Below, piece by piece: positions 51,016-60,232 of a DNA stretch of 64,000 nucleotides. Location of the stretch: the sequence record NC_019406.1; one strand, given 5' to 3'. Each line of letters starts with the position of its first letter. Position 1 is the first letter of the stretch. The notes under the pieces were generated by a model that worked only from the letters and a program-made list of their open reading frames with translations, was not told the origin of the DNA and ran no database searches. The position numbers and the translations under genes were made by a program.

Positions 51016-53826
51016 CTATCCTTCACACGCGATGCAGGTGGAATCGTCGAGCGGGTTCGCCGACAGGCCGTTGGTAGGCGCCTCCACCTCGGCCGTCGCG
51101 GTCTTGGCGCGCTCGACCTTCTCGTTGGTGTTCTCGGCGCGCTTAGGCGTCGTCGAGCGGTAGTAGTAGAGGCTCTTGATCGGATCGCCGTCGGCTTCCG
51201 GGTCCCAGGCCAGATAGTGGACTTCCGACATGTAGCCGGCGTCCGCGTCGTGCGGGAACGCGGTGTTCACCGATTGCGCCTGATCGATGTCGCCCTGGCG
51301 ATCGCGCGCCAGTTGGACAACCCAGCGCATGTCGAGTTCCGTGAAGGTCTTGAAGACCTCCAGCAGGTTCTCCCAGACCTCGGCGTCAATCGTGACTCCT
51401 TCAACGTCGAGATCGTCGAAGACGTAGTAGGGGGCCTTGCCGAGTTCTTGGACGCGGGTGCCCAGACCCTGCACCGAGCCCTCGTTCGCAATGATCGCCT
51501 TCCAGACGCCCTGAGTGTCGAGGCCTAGCTTGGCCAGTTCGCGGACCAGGAAGGGGTTCTTCACGGGGAAGGAGCCCGACAGCGTCTTATGCAGATAGGC
51601 GTTGGCGCGCCACGGCTCGATCGACGGCGAGGTATTGCCGCAGAGGATAGACGACGACGCGTTGGGAGCGATCGCCATCTTGTGGGCGAAGCGCTCGCCC
51701 GTGCCGATCATGTCCGGCGCCTCGCCGCGTTCGGCGCCCAGCTTCAGAGAAGCGGCATCCGCCAGGGTGCGGATGTGCTTGAAGATCGCACGGTTCACGT
51801 TGCGAGCCTTATGCGACTCGAACCGGATCATATGCTTCTGAAGATAGGCGTGGAAGCCCAGCAGGCCCAGGCCGACCGAACGCTCCTGCGTAGCCGAGTA
51901 GATCGCGTAGGCCAACGCCGGCGGAGCGTTGTCGATGAACACCTGGAGGCAGTTGTCCAGCATACGCATCAGGTCTTCGATGAAGTGTGGGTCATCGACC
52001 CACTCGTCGAACTTCTCGGCGTTGACGCTCGACAGGCAGCAGACCGCCGTACGCTTCTTGCCTTGATCATCGCGCCCGGTCGCCAGCGTGATCTCGGTGC
52101 AGTTGCCAGTCAAGATGCCGTTGAACACGGCGCGGTGACGCAGCGGCTCGGTGACGCAGTACGTGTCGGTCTTGAAAGGCACGGGCACGACATCCGCAAC
52201 GACCGGGTTGGTCTTCTTGATCGTGGCGCGGCCCACGTTCTTCAGGAGCATGCCGCCCTGGTTCAGCCACCAGACGTCACCTTCTCCCAGCATGAAGGCG
52301 TGACCGGCATCGGTGATCCGGATGCGCGGCGTCAGGCCAGCTTCCAGGGCATCCAGGCGCAACTGGTTGACCAACGCGGCGTCGTTCAGGGCCACGGTGA
52401 GGAACTTACCTTCGGTGCCCAGGTCGACCCAGCTACCGCCGGCGTCCATGAGTCCCGCGAACCACGCCAGACGCGCCGTCTCCGACCAACCGGTCGGCGC
52501 CCGGCCAGAGGGGATCGACTTCGGCTCGTAACGGATCGTGAACCCGCCGGCGAGCGCGTCGGCCGAGGCATCGACCGAGTGTTGCATCAGACGCTTCGTC
52601 ACGGCGTCGCCAGGGATGTCCGGCGAGAACACCGTCAGGCGATTGGCGTCCTCGAAGCCGGCGAACGTCGCGTAGCCTGCCGTGTAGGCGACATCCACGC
52701 TATAGTCGTGTCCGCCTTCGATGATCGGATGGGACGACGATTCCAGAATCGTGCCGACCTTCAGGGCGCCGGCCCGGATTTCCGTGCCGTCCTTGTCGTA
52801 GAACTTGTGATAGGGCGTGACGTCGAGGTGGCTGCCGTCCTCGAACCAGACGCGGACCAGTTCCTGGGCCTTGCCGGTTTCCTCGACCGTGACCTTCGAC
52901 CACGCGTCGCCGTTCCACACTTCGACGTCCTGGCCGACCAGGGCGCCGATCGGCTTGTGGCCCTGCTTGGTCAGCAGTTCCGTGTACGGTGCGACGCACA
53001 GGTTCGATTGGTTGACGCGCAGGCCCTTCTTCTTCTGCGGCTCCGGCAGACCACGATTGGCCACGTCCACGAAGAACATGTAGGGCTCGCCGGTCTGCTT
53101 GCGCGTCTCCATGATCTGCTTCCACATCTCGCGGGCAGAGTGGGTCGCGACGACCTCCTTGGACTTCGGGTCCACGAGATCGAACGGCGCGTCATCGCGC
53201 ACCGCTTCCATGAACTTGTCGGTGATGCAGAGGGCGTTGTGCAGGTTGATGAACTTGCGGTTCTCATCACCGCCCGTCGGCTTGCGGCCGGTGATGAATT
53301 CCATCACTTCCGGGTGGTCGATATCCATGTAGGCCGCGTACGAGCCACGCCGGGTACCGCCTTGGCTGACCGACAGGATGATGCGGTCGACCGCCGCGAT
53401 GAATGGAATGACGCCGGTGGACGACGAGCCTTGCGAAGTCTTCGTGCCGTTGGAGCGCAGCGGCCAATAGCCGCCGACGCCGCCGCCGACGCTGGACAGC
53501 CAGCCGGTTTCGGTCCAGTGATCGAAGATGCCTTCACGGCTGTCTTCGGCGGTCGAGAGGAAGCAGGAAATAGGCAAGCCGCGCGACGTGCCACCGTTGC
53601 TGAGCAACGGAGTGGCGAACATGAACCAGCCCTTCGACACGGCGTCGTACAGACGCTGAGCATGATCAGCGTCGTCTGCGAACGCGGCCGAAGCGCGAGC
53701 GAAGGCATGCTGCGGCGAGGTTTCGCCGTCGATCAGGTAGCGATCTCGAAAGGTCTGGAGCGTGAATTCGTCGAACAGGCTGTCGCGGGAGAGGTCGATG
53801 GTAACGAGGTGCGGGTCGACGGCCAT
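51016..53826 (-). CDS. nrdA: ribonucleotide reductase class I alpha subunit containing an intein
   Basis: ATPLLSN, PISCFL, QGGTRRGS, SNLC/EI split by intein, IAPNASSS, DQAQS, C-terminal CIACEG. Confidence 0.95.
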   Translation of the reverse strand: MAVDPHLVTIDLSRDSLFDEFTLQTFRDRYLIDGETSPQHAFARASAAFADDADHAQRLYDAVSKGWFMFATPLLSNGGTSRGLPISCFLSTAEDSREGIFDHWTETGWLSSVGGGVGGYWPLRSNGTKTSQGSSSTGVIPFIAAVDRIILSVSQGGTRRGSYAAYMDIDHPEVMEFITGRKPTGGDENRKFINLHNALCITDKFMEAVRDDAPFDLVDPKSKEVVATHSAREMWKQIMETRKQTGEPYMFFVDVANRGLPEPQKKKGLRVNQSNLCVAPYTELLTKQGHKPIGALVGQDVEVWNGDAWSKVTVEETGKAQELVRVWFEDGSHLDVTPYHKFYDKDGTEIRAGALKVGTILESSSHPIIEGGHDYSVDVAYTAGYATFAGFEDANRLTVFSPDIPGDAVTKRLMQHSVDASADALAGGFTIRYEPKSIPSGRAPTGWSETARLAWFAGLMDAGGSWVDLGTEGKFLTVALNDAALVNQLRLDALEAGLTPRIRITDAGHAFMLGEGDVWWLNQGGMLLKNVGRATIKKTNPVVADVVPVPFKTDTYCVTEPLRHRAVFNGILTGNCTEITLATGRDDQGKKRTAVCCLSSVNAEKFDEWVDDPHFIEDLMRMLDNCLQVFIDNAPPALAYAIYSATQERSVGLGLLGFHAYLQKHMIRFESHKARNVNRAIFKHIRTLADAASLKLGAERGEAPDMIGTGERFAHKMAIAPNASSSILCGNTSPSIEPWRANAYLHKTLSGSFPVKNPFLVRELAKLGLDTQGVWKAIIANEGSVQGLGTRVQELGKAPYYVFDDLDVEGVTIDAEVWENLLEVFKTFTELDMRWVVQLARDRQGDIDQAQSVNTAFPHDADAGYMSEVHYLAWDPEADGDPIKSLYYYRSTTPKRAENTNEKVERAKTATAEVEAPTNGLSANPLDDSTCIACEG
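52102..52998 (-). mobile_element. intein (299 aa) in NrdA with LAGLIDADG-like remnant
   Basis: Begins CVAPYTELLT, block B VTPYHKF, FAGLMDAGG, ends HRAVFNGILTGN followed by C+1. Confidence 0.9.
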
Positions 53827-53906
53827 GTACGGTTCCGAAGAAAAAGGCCCTGCCCAGCAAAAAATGCTGTGAAATCAGGGCCTTACGTTTGTGACGAAAG
53901 GCGTTA

Positions 53907-53945
53907 ACGATACTTCTCCAGGGCTCTAAAGTCAAGATTCCTGGC
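53907..53945 (-). promoter_or_regulatory. GCCAGGAATCTTGAC-type promoter of RNR operon
   Basis: TTGACT-17 nt-TATCGT on minus strand. Confidence 0.75.
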
Positions 53946-54012
53946 AGTTCAAAAGGGTAAATTGATTCCTTGACTGGCTAAGTCTCAGAAGCCCTTTGGG
54001 AAACGTGACTCC

Positions 54013-54237
54013 TTAGGAGTCCTTGAACTTCAAACCGGCCGCCTTGAGCACCTTTTCGGTGTTAGCCGGCTTGCCGTCGAGCAGGAATCCCTGCTTGGTG
54101 ATCTTCAGGCGCTTGCCCAGGATGATCTCGGCAGTGTCGATCAGCGGGGGCGGGTCGTCGAACGGAACCGTGGGGAAGTTGTCTTCGCGCGGAAGGCGAA
54201 ACTGGAGCTTCGGGTTGGGGGTCTTGTCTTCGGACAT
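54013..54237 (-). CDS. hypothetical protein (74 aa)
   Basis: Operon-spaced ORF. Confidence 0.65.
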   Translation of the reverse strand: MSEDKTPNPKLQFRLPREDNFPTVPFDDPPPLIDTAEIILGKRLKITKQGFLLDGKPANTEKVLKAAGLKFKDS

Positions 54238-54255
54238 ACGCGTACGCTCTACTGA

Positions 54256-54666
54256 CTAGGTGCCGGACGCGCGGTCGCGATAGCCCGTCTCGATCGCCTC
54301 GGGGGCGATGATCTTGACCTTCTGGATGCGGTGCGGAGGGTAATGGACCAGGATGTTCGGTTGCTTTTCCTGGACCGAGCGGTAGCCCGTTGCGATGATC
54401 GCCGAGACATGCTCGCGGGCCGAGGACATGGAGTCGACGTCGTAGTTAAACGTGACTCCATCGTCCAGGTAGATCACGATCCGATAGCTCGCCGGCGCGG
54501 GCTGCGAAGCGATATCGAGCGGTAGCCCTTGACGCGCTTGATCTGCGAGACGAACGATCGGATTATACGCCGCGTCCCGCATTTCCCGCACCAGAAGGGG
54601 CGGGAAAGCGGTCGAGTTGAAGTCGCTCTCGTAGATGGGACCGCCGTCGAGATATTCGGTCGACAT
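54256..54666 (-). CDS. hypothetical protein (136 aa)
   Basis: ATG at 54666 after GGAATAAGG; typical codon usage. Confidence 0.7.
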   Translation of the reverse strand: MSTEYLDGGPIYESDFNSTAFPPLLVREMRDAAYNPIVRLADQARQGLPLDIASQPAPASYRIVIYLDDGVTFNYDVDSMSSAREHVSAIIATGYRSVQEKQPNILVHYPPHRIQKVKIIAPEAIETGYRDRASGT

Positions 54667-54670
54667 GACC

Positions 54671-55093
54671 TTATTCCTCCGAGGCGGGCTCTTGCGGCAG
54701 GTCGACATCGCCGATGGTGCCGTCCAGCGCCTTGTCGGCGGAAGCGAAAGCGTCTTCCACCGAGGCGCCTTCAGCGAGTTGCTTGTGGACGTTGCCAAGC
54801 GTCTGGGCGACGAGTCCGACGGCATCCTGGAGCGCCTGCGGACGCTGGCGAATGATGGTCGAGATGGCCAGCGCCATGATGTCGACGATCGACACCGGAT
54901 GCGACGTGTTCGGATACAGTTCTTCCATCCGGGCGCCGTGGAGGCCCAGGCCGACCGTGAACCCGCCGGTGCCGGGGATTTCGGTCAGGGTGATGACGGA
55001 CTTGGCGGCATCGCCCGGCTTGTAGGAGAGCTTGGAAGCCAGCGCCTTTTCGGCGGCGCGGCGTTGAACTCGGGACTTGGAGGCGGAGGTCAT
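54671..55093 (-). CDS. hypothetical protein (140 aa)
   Basis: AAGGA RBS; operon-spaced. Confidence 0.7.
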   Translation of the reverse strand: MTSASKSRVQRRAAEKALASKLSYKPGDAAKSVITLTEIPGTGGFTVGLGLHGARMEELYPNTSHPVSIVDIMALAISTIIRQRPQALQDAVGLVAQTLGNVHKQLAEGASVEDAFASADKALDGTIGDVDLPQEPASEE

Positions 55094-55101
55094 GGTGGTC
55101 C

Positions 55102-55392
55102 TTAGGCGGTGGTGAACTGAGCGATGCGATTGCAGGCATCGACTTCGTTGATGGGGCCGGCGTCCAGGAGTTCGTTCATGCGACGCTCGATCGTGCCGTC
55201 GTGGTCCAGCGAAAGGATCGCCAGACCGTAGAGAAGGGACAGCGAGGCCGGGCGACGAATGTTGGGCTTGGACGGGGTCGTGGTGATGATCTGGACGTCG
55301 CCCTCGGGTTCGTCGTACGCGGTCAGGCTGAAACGGGCTTCAGCTTCCTCGTGGGCGGCCTGGATCACGTCGAGAGCGGCGGCTTGGGGCAT
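55102..55392 (-). CDS. hypothetical protein (96 aa)
   Basis: Operon-spaced ORF. Confidence 0.6.
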   Translation of the reverse strand: MPQAAALDVIQAAHEEAEARFSLTAYDEPEGDVQIITTTPSKPNIRRPASLSLLYGLAILSLDHDGTIERRMNELLDAGPINEVDACNRIAQFTTA

Positions 55393-55409
55393 TTGGGAAC
55401 GAACTCATT

Positions 55410-55457
55410 GCCAGGAAAACTGACATCTTAGTAGCCAGGAATCCTGGCGCCGGTCAA
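55410..55457 (-). promoter_or_regulatory. promoter with palindromic GCCAGGAATCCTGGC site in spacer
   Basis: TTGACC at 55457-55452; palindrome 55434-55448; second half-site 55410-55424. Confidence 0.5.
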
Positions 55458-55477
55458 CGTAGTTAATGCGGTGAAGC

Positions 55478-55852
55478 TTAATTTTCCAGGGGCGTGAATA
55501 CGTCGCAGTCCACGGACAGTGCGCGTCGCCATCCGCCGTAGATCGGCTTGCCCCACATCTTCGCCCAGGCGATCTCACGGCGAGTGCTGAAGCCGATGTA
55601 ATGCGCGAAGGCGCTGATCTCGCTTTCGTGCATCGTCAGGCCGTCGCCGCCGACGACCAAGATCGCGTCGCTTTCCACGATCTTCCGGAAATGGACAAGA
55701 TCGAGGATGATCTTATCTTCGTCGGTCATGTCGTCTTCGTGGTGCCCGAAGCTGGCGACCGAGTAGACGATGTGCCCGGCCTTCGATAGGACACGGTTGG
55801 CGTGGTTGAAGGCGTCGCGGTACTTGGTCGAGCCGCAGAGGGTGATCTTCAT
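55478..55852 (-). CDS. nucleoside 2-deoxyribosyltransferase-like (DUF4406-like) protein
   Basis: ITLCGS, KIVESDAILV, STRREI..A...GKPI. Confidence 0.7.
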   Translation of the reverse strand: MKITLCGSTKYRDAFNHANRVLSKAGHIVYSVASFGHHEDDMTDEDKIILDLVHFRKIVESDAILVVGGDGLTMHESEISAFAHYIGFSTRREIAWAKMWGKPIYGGWRRALSVDCDVFTPLEN

Positions 55853-56012
55853 AGTGCGCTCTTTTGTTGGGGGCGGGCAGACGGCGCAGCATTCAACTGC
55901 TGCATCAGCGTCGCCCTGTTGGCTGGCGTGTCGTCGAGCCCCTGGTAGCGAAGCATGAACTTCATGCAGAACTCGACCGCCGCCCGCAGGAGGTTGAGCC
56001 GGATATTCACGG

Positions 56013-56984
56013 TTACAGGCGCTCGTTCGGAACGAACTTGCGGAACTGCGCGAAACCGCTGAAGTTACCCTGGACGTAGTCCGGATCGCTCATCAGCAGC
56101 GGGCGGGCCTGATGCTCCAGTGGCGAAGCGTGCTTCGGGTCGGAACCCGCGAGGCGCAGATAGAGGCTCAGGTCGGTTTCGATCTCCGGGCGCGCGCCAT
56201 CGTGCTTCGAGTAGGAGACGCGGCAGCAGCGGGCCGTCGAGATCGCCAGGAGCAGGGCATTGCGGGCCGAGATCGCGTGATGACCTTCCAGCCCCTTGAG
56301 GCCCATCAGGTCGTAGATCACCTTCGGCACCACCTCACCCGGCAGCGCACGCTGGCGAGCGATGTTGTCGGCATCGACGACGTCCTGTTGGGTGATGTAG
56401 GGCAGGTGCCATTCGCCATGCTTCAGCACCTTGGGCGTCGCCGCCTCGCGCGCCTCCAGCATCATCTCGGCCAGGACGCGGATTTCATCCTGGGCTTCGC
56501 CGTGGATACGCAGGCCATCGAAGTTCGACCAGTCGGTCGACGAGATCAGGACGTCGATGTAGCCGAACCATTCCAGCGGGCGGTTGACCCACTGCTTGTG
56601 GATGTTGAGGCCGTCCTTGGCCGACATCTGCCCGGTGCGCTTGATGCAGTACGCGGCCATGTCGCGCCAGATCGCTTCGGCTTCGAACTGTTCGTCCGGC
56701 GACAGGTACTCGCCCGGCTGCATGCCGGCCTTGTTCTTGCGGAACTGCGGGATGAAAATGTCCGCGTCTCGCACGGTCAGCGAAGCGTGCGGAATGGCGC
56801 GGCTGCTGCTGGCGTTACGCGAGAATACGCGGTGGGTCATCACCTCGCCGTGGATCGGACGCCAGTAGCGGACCTGGAGCGTATCGATGCGGGCGCCGGT
56901 GTCCTCGCTGACCGAGGCGGCGATCGACTTGACCGTGAAGAACTCGCGGATACGTTCGTCGGGCTCGTTGGTGAAGAGGCTCAT
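56013..56984 (-). CDS. thyX: FAD-dependent thymidylate synthase (ThyX-like)
   Basis: THRVFSRNASSSRAIP; ARCCRVSY; HASPLEHQA. Confidence 0.85.
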   Translation of the reverse strand: MSLFTNEPDERIREFFTVKSIAASVSEDTGARIDTLQVRYWRPIHGEVMTHRVFSRNASSSRAIPHASLTVRDADIFIPQFRKNKAGMQPGEYLSPDEQFEAEAIWRDMAAYCIKRTGQMSAKDGLNIHKQWVNRPLEWFGYIDVLISSTDWSNFDGLRIHGEAQDEIRVLAEMMLEAREAATPKVLKHGEWHLPYITQQDVVDADNIARQRALPGEVVPKVIYDLMGLKGLEGHHAISARNALLLAISTARCCRVSYSKHDGARPEIETDLSLYLRLAGSDPKHASPLEHQARPLLMSDPDYVQGNFSGFAQFRKFVPNERL

Positions 56985-57094
56985 GCGCGGCTTTCGTACT
57001 GGTTCTGGCCGCGACGCTGTTCGCGCAGGTAGGCCGAGGTGAGGGGGAGCGCGCCGCCCGAAAGCAGCACGAAGAGGATGAGGATGCTCAGCAT
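56981..57094 (-). CDS. small membrane peptide (37 aa)
   Basis: Hydrophobic MLSILILFVLL; fills gap with 4-nt overlap. Confidence 0.4.
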   Translation of the reverse strand: MLSILILFVLLSGGALPLTSAYLREQRRGQNQYESRA

Positions 57095-57104
57095 GGGCGA
57101 CTTC

Positions 57105-57689
57105 CTAGGCGTCGGCGAAGCAGGTCGCTGCGAGTTCCAGGTCGCGGATGCCGCGATCATTGGTGATCGTCCAGTTGACCTGAAGTTGATCGATTTCGAC
57201 TTCCGACTGGTGCAGCGAACGCTCATCGAGCTTGAGCTTCGCGCGCTTACGGGGGTCTTCGATCTTGATCAGAGTACCGCCCAGGCTGGCGATCATCGCG
57301 GCTTCATTGAGGAAGCGGCAGTCCGAGCAGACGACGCCGGCGGCTTCGCGAACGCCGCCGAAACCGTTCACCTTGCGGCCTTCGAGGATAGCGGTGACCT
57401 CGTTCTTCCAGGCCTGGACCCACGTGTCGTCGATGTAGGCGCGGAACATGTCGGTGCCGATCTGCTGAAGCAGTTCGCGCGGGCTCTTGTAGGGCCAACG
57501 GTCCAGAGCCTTTTCCTTCAGGACGGGGTCCAGCATCTCGTCAAACGTGACTCCGTAGACGAGATTGCAAACCTTGCGGAGCGGGTCGGCGAAGTTGACC
57601 TGCACGTAGCCGTAGTCGCGGACCAGCGCGCGCGCGGCGGTGTCCTTGCCGTGGCCACGCAGACCGGTGAAGGCGATGATCTTGCTCAT
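57105..57689 (-). CDS. deoxynucleoside monophosphate kinase
   Basis: G..GHGKDT, NFADPLR, PRELLQQIGTD, SDCRF.NE, H.SE. Confidence 0.9.
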   Translation of the reverse strand: MSKIIAFTGLRGHGKDTAARALVRDYGYVQVNFADPLRKVCNLVYGVTFDEMLDPVLKEKALDRWPYKSPRELLQQIGTDMFRAYIDDTWVQAWKNEVTAILEGRKVNGFGGVREAAGVVCSDCRFLNEAAMIASLGGTLIKIEDPRKRAKLKLDERSLHQSEVEIDQLQVNWTITNDRGIRDLELAATCFADA

Positions 57690-57698
57690 GGTGTTTCC

Positions 57699-59024
57699 TC
57701 AGACCAGGACGGTGATGGTCTCGGCCGCGCGGGTCAGACCGGTGTAGAGATGCTTGTCGGCGTCATCACGGAAGACGCTGGACTCATCGATCAGCACGAC
57801 GTCGTCGAACTGCGAGCCCTGGACGTTGTGGACGGTGAGCGCCCAGGCGTAGTCCAGATGGATCAGCTTCTGCTTCGCCTTGTAGGCAGATCGCGAGTCG
57901 GCCGAGAACCCGTTCTTGCGAGCCGAGTAATGCTCCTCGAACAGGCCTTGGAAGACGGCCTTGTCGATGTAGCGAGCGCCGTCCTCATCTTCGAACGACA
58001 TCATCGTGGAGACCTTGCCGGGTTCCAGGTGAACTTGTTCGGTCAGGCAGGTGCCGAGCGTGCCGTTCACCAGCGAGGGATGCTCCTTGCTGTTCTTGCG
58101 CACGATCAGCGGCTCGCCGGCGGTAGGGCCGGGCGGCAGGCCTTCGCGGTACATTCGCGTGATGCGGAAGCGGGTGCGGTTCGTACCGACCAGGATTTGC
58201 GGACCGTCTGTACCGGCCGCGATCGCCGGTTCCGGATCGTAGTCCTCGCGGTTCATGACGCGCGCGCAGACCTTGCCTTCGCCGTTGACGTGCTCTCCCT
58301 TGGGCAAGTCCTTACCCTGACGCGCCAGCGTAGCGAGGCGGATGATCGGGTTGTCGGCGGCTTGGCGGTGGATTTCGGTCAGGAAGAAGTCGGGATCGCC
58401 GGCCGTCAGCCCCGGCTTGTCGCCGACCGGCGGAAGCTGACCGGGATCGCCCATCGCCAGGATCGGCACGCCGAACGACATCAGGTCTTTCGCCATGTCG
58501 AAGCCGACCATCGACGCCTCGTCGACGACGATGCACTGCATGTCCTTGATCGGGCTGTCGATGTTCAATTGGAAATTGATCTTGTCCTCGTTGTAGAGGT
58601 TGTCCAGATCGCGCTCCAGCGAGCGGATTTCCGTAGTCAGCTTGTCGATCTCGTGCGCCGAGCCTTCGCCCGACTCGATCATCTTCTGGCGCTTGACTTG
58701 TCGCTCATAGAGTTCGGATTCGAGTTGGCTGACCGGCGCGGGCTTCGCGCGATAGATCGCCGAGTGAATTGTGGTGGCGTGCGGGTTGCCGTACTGCTGG
58801 GCAGCCAGCTTCTTGCGCATGATCTTCGCGGCCTTGCCGGTAGGCGCGCAGAAGGCGACGGAGTTGGGCTCGAAGCCCAGGTCCGTGAGAATGTGCGGAA
58901 GGATGGTCGACTTACCCGTACCGGCGTACCCACCGATGTAGGTCAGCGCCTCCGGATAGGCGCCCTTCAGGCGTGCGACCACAGTGCGAACCGCGTCGCC
59001 CTGGTGTTCAGTGAGCGTCGTCAT
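57699..59024 (-). CDS. SF1B helicase (RecD/Dda-like)
   Basis: GYAGTGKST, APTGKAA, VDEASMV, GDPGQLPPV, LTEIHRQ, YTGLTRA. Confidence 0.92.
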   Translation of the reverse strand: MTTLTEHQGDAVRTVVARLKGAYPEALTYIGGYAGTGKSTILPHILTDLGFEPNSVAFCAPTGKAAKIMRKKLAAQQYGNPHATTIHSAIYRAKPAPVSQLESELYERQVKRQKMIESGEGSAHEIDKLTTEIRSLERDLDNLYNEDKINFQLNIDSPIKDMQCIVVDEASMVGFDMAKDLMSFGVPILAMGDPGQLPPVGDKPGLTAGDPDFFLTEIHRQAADNPIIRLATLARQGKDLPKGEHVNGEGKVCARVMNREDYDPEPAIAAGTDGPQILVGTNRTRFRITRMYREGLPPGPTAGEPLIVRKNSKEHPSLVNGTLGTCLTEQVHLEPGKVSTMMSFEDEDGARYIDKAVFQGLFEEHYSARKNGFSADSRSAYKAKQKLIHLDYAWALTVHNVQGSQFDDVVLIDESSVFRDDADKHLYTGLTRAAETITVLV

Positions 59025-59093
59025 CGGGTATCGGGGAATAGGAGTTGAAGATGCCCCGCCGACCGAAGTCGGCGGGGTTCGCTTCAGGACCGC

Positions 59094-60101
59094 TTAGAAG
59101 CGACGACCGCGCGGCTCGCCGCCGCCGGCGGGCGCCGGAGCACGGGCGGGAGCAGCCGCCGGCGCGGGACGCGGGGCCGGAGCACGAGCAGCCGGGGCAG
59201 CGGCCGGACGGGCAGCGGGAGCAGCCGCCGGGGCAGGACGCGAAGCCGGGGCACGGGCCGGAGCGGCGGCCGGGGCTTCACGACGACCGCCACGCGGAGC
59301 CGGCGCCGGAGCGGGCTCGGGTTCCGGAGCGGCTTCTTCGACGTACTGGTCGTCGGCGCCCTGGTCGTCCGCGTACTGCTGGTCATCGTAGCCGGCGTCG
59401 CCCGGTTCGGCGTAGTCGTCCGCGCCGGCGTCGCCCTGGTCGTAATCTTCCGGAGCGCCTTCGGCCATGGCCAGGAGTTCCGATTCCGGCAGCCAGCCCA
59501 GAATCTTAAAGGACGGGGCGTACTTCTTGATCTTGCGGCCGTAGGGCTTGCCGTCGTCGTCACGCTCCTGGGTCTCGAACGAGGTCGAGCCGAACTCGAT
59601 CACCGGCAGGCAGCCGGGGTTGTTGCGGAAGTTGCGGCCGAAGTCCTTCAGGAACGCTTCCAGGGCGTTCATCTTGGACTTGTTGTTCGCCTGGAACAGC
59701 AGGTTCAGGAACTCGCCTTCGATCGTCTTGAACTCGATCGTCTTCTGCTCCACCCAGCCTTCGCCCTTGCGGTACGGGCCGTGGTCGGTCAGAGCGTGCT
59801 TCGGCGGAGGAGTGCCTTCCTCCAGCGACAGCATGATCTCTTCCTTGGGCTTGCCGTCGATCCAGCAAATCCAGCCGCGCTTCAGGCTGCGCGGGTTGAC
59901 GGCGGCCTGGGTGCCGACGTCCAGCGGGATGTCTTCGGCGCCGTAGCTGTAGTGGCCGTCGTTGCCGTTGAACTTCAGGAAGTTCACGCCATCGCTGCCA
60001 CCACGGTAGCCTTCGGCTTCAGCCGCCAGAGCGGCGTAGTAGTCGTCCGCCGACAGAGCCACGGCGGTGTTGTTGTTGCGCAGAGCGACTTGGTTGGTCA
60101 T
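59094..60101 (-). CDS. putative single-stranded DNA-binding protein with acidic and Ala/Pro-rich tail
   Basis: FLKF..G, GWICW, PVIEF...F..GW pattern; position between Cas4-like nuclease and helicase. Confidence 0.5.
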   Translation of the reverse strand: MTNQVALRNNNTAVALSADDYYAALAAEAEGYRGGSDGVNFLKFNGNDGHYSYGAEDIPLDVGTQAAVNPRSLKRGWICWIDGKPKEEIMLSLEEGTPPPKHALTDHGPYRKGEGWVEQKTIEFKTIEGEFLNLLFQANNKSKMNALEAFLKDFGRNFRNNPGCLPVIEFGSTSFETQERDDDGKPYGRKIKKYAPSFKILGWLPESELLAMAEGAPEDYDQGDAGADDYAEPGDAGYDDQQYADDQGADDQYVEEAAPEPEPAPAPAPRGGRREAPAAAPARAPASRPAPAAAPAARPAAAPAARAPAPRPAPAAAPARAPAPAGGGEPRGRRF

Positions 60102-60108
60102 CTGGTTT

Positions 60109-60224
60109 TCTACTTCTAAGTCTTTTCTGGTGGGATGCTGCCCGGTCGGGATGACCGGGCAGTTCTAGGACCTTCGTCTAAGTCCAAATCTAGGTGCTGT
60201 TACTGGTGCTGTTTCTAGTTCTAG
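60109..60224. repeat. seven TCTA (minus-strand TAGA) repeats around a hairpin
   Basis: TCTA at 60109, 60115, 60164, 60177, 60189, 60214, 60220; hairpin 60138-60162. Confidence 0.6.
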
Positions 60225-60232
60225 TTTAGCCG

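Noticed and set aside
4344-59048. Long antisense ORFs (4344-6149-, 11524-13503-, 16086-20255-, 21709-23214-, 51589-53907+, 57039-59048+ and others)
   Set aside because: Shadow frames of GC3-biased genes on the opposite strand; no motifs or RBS
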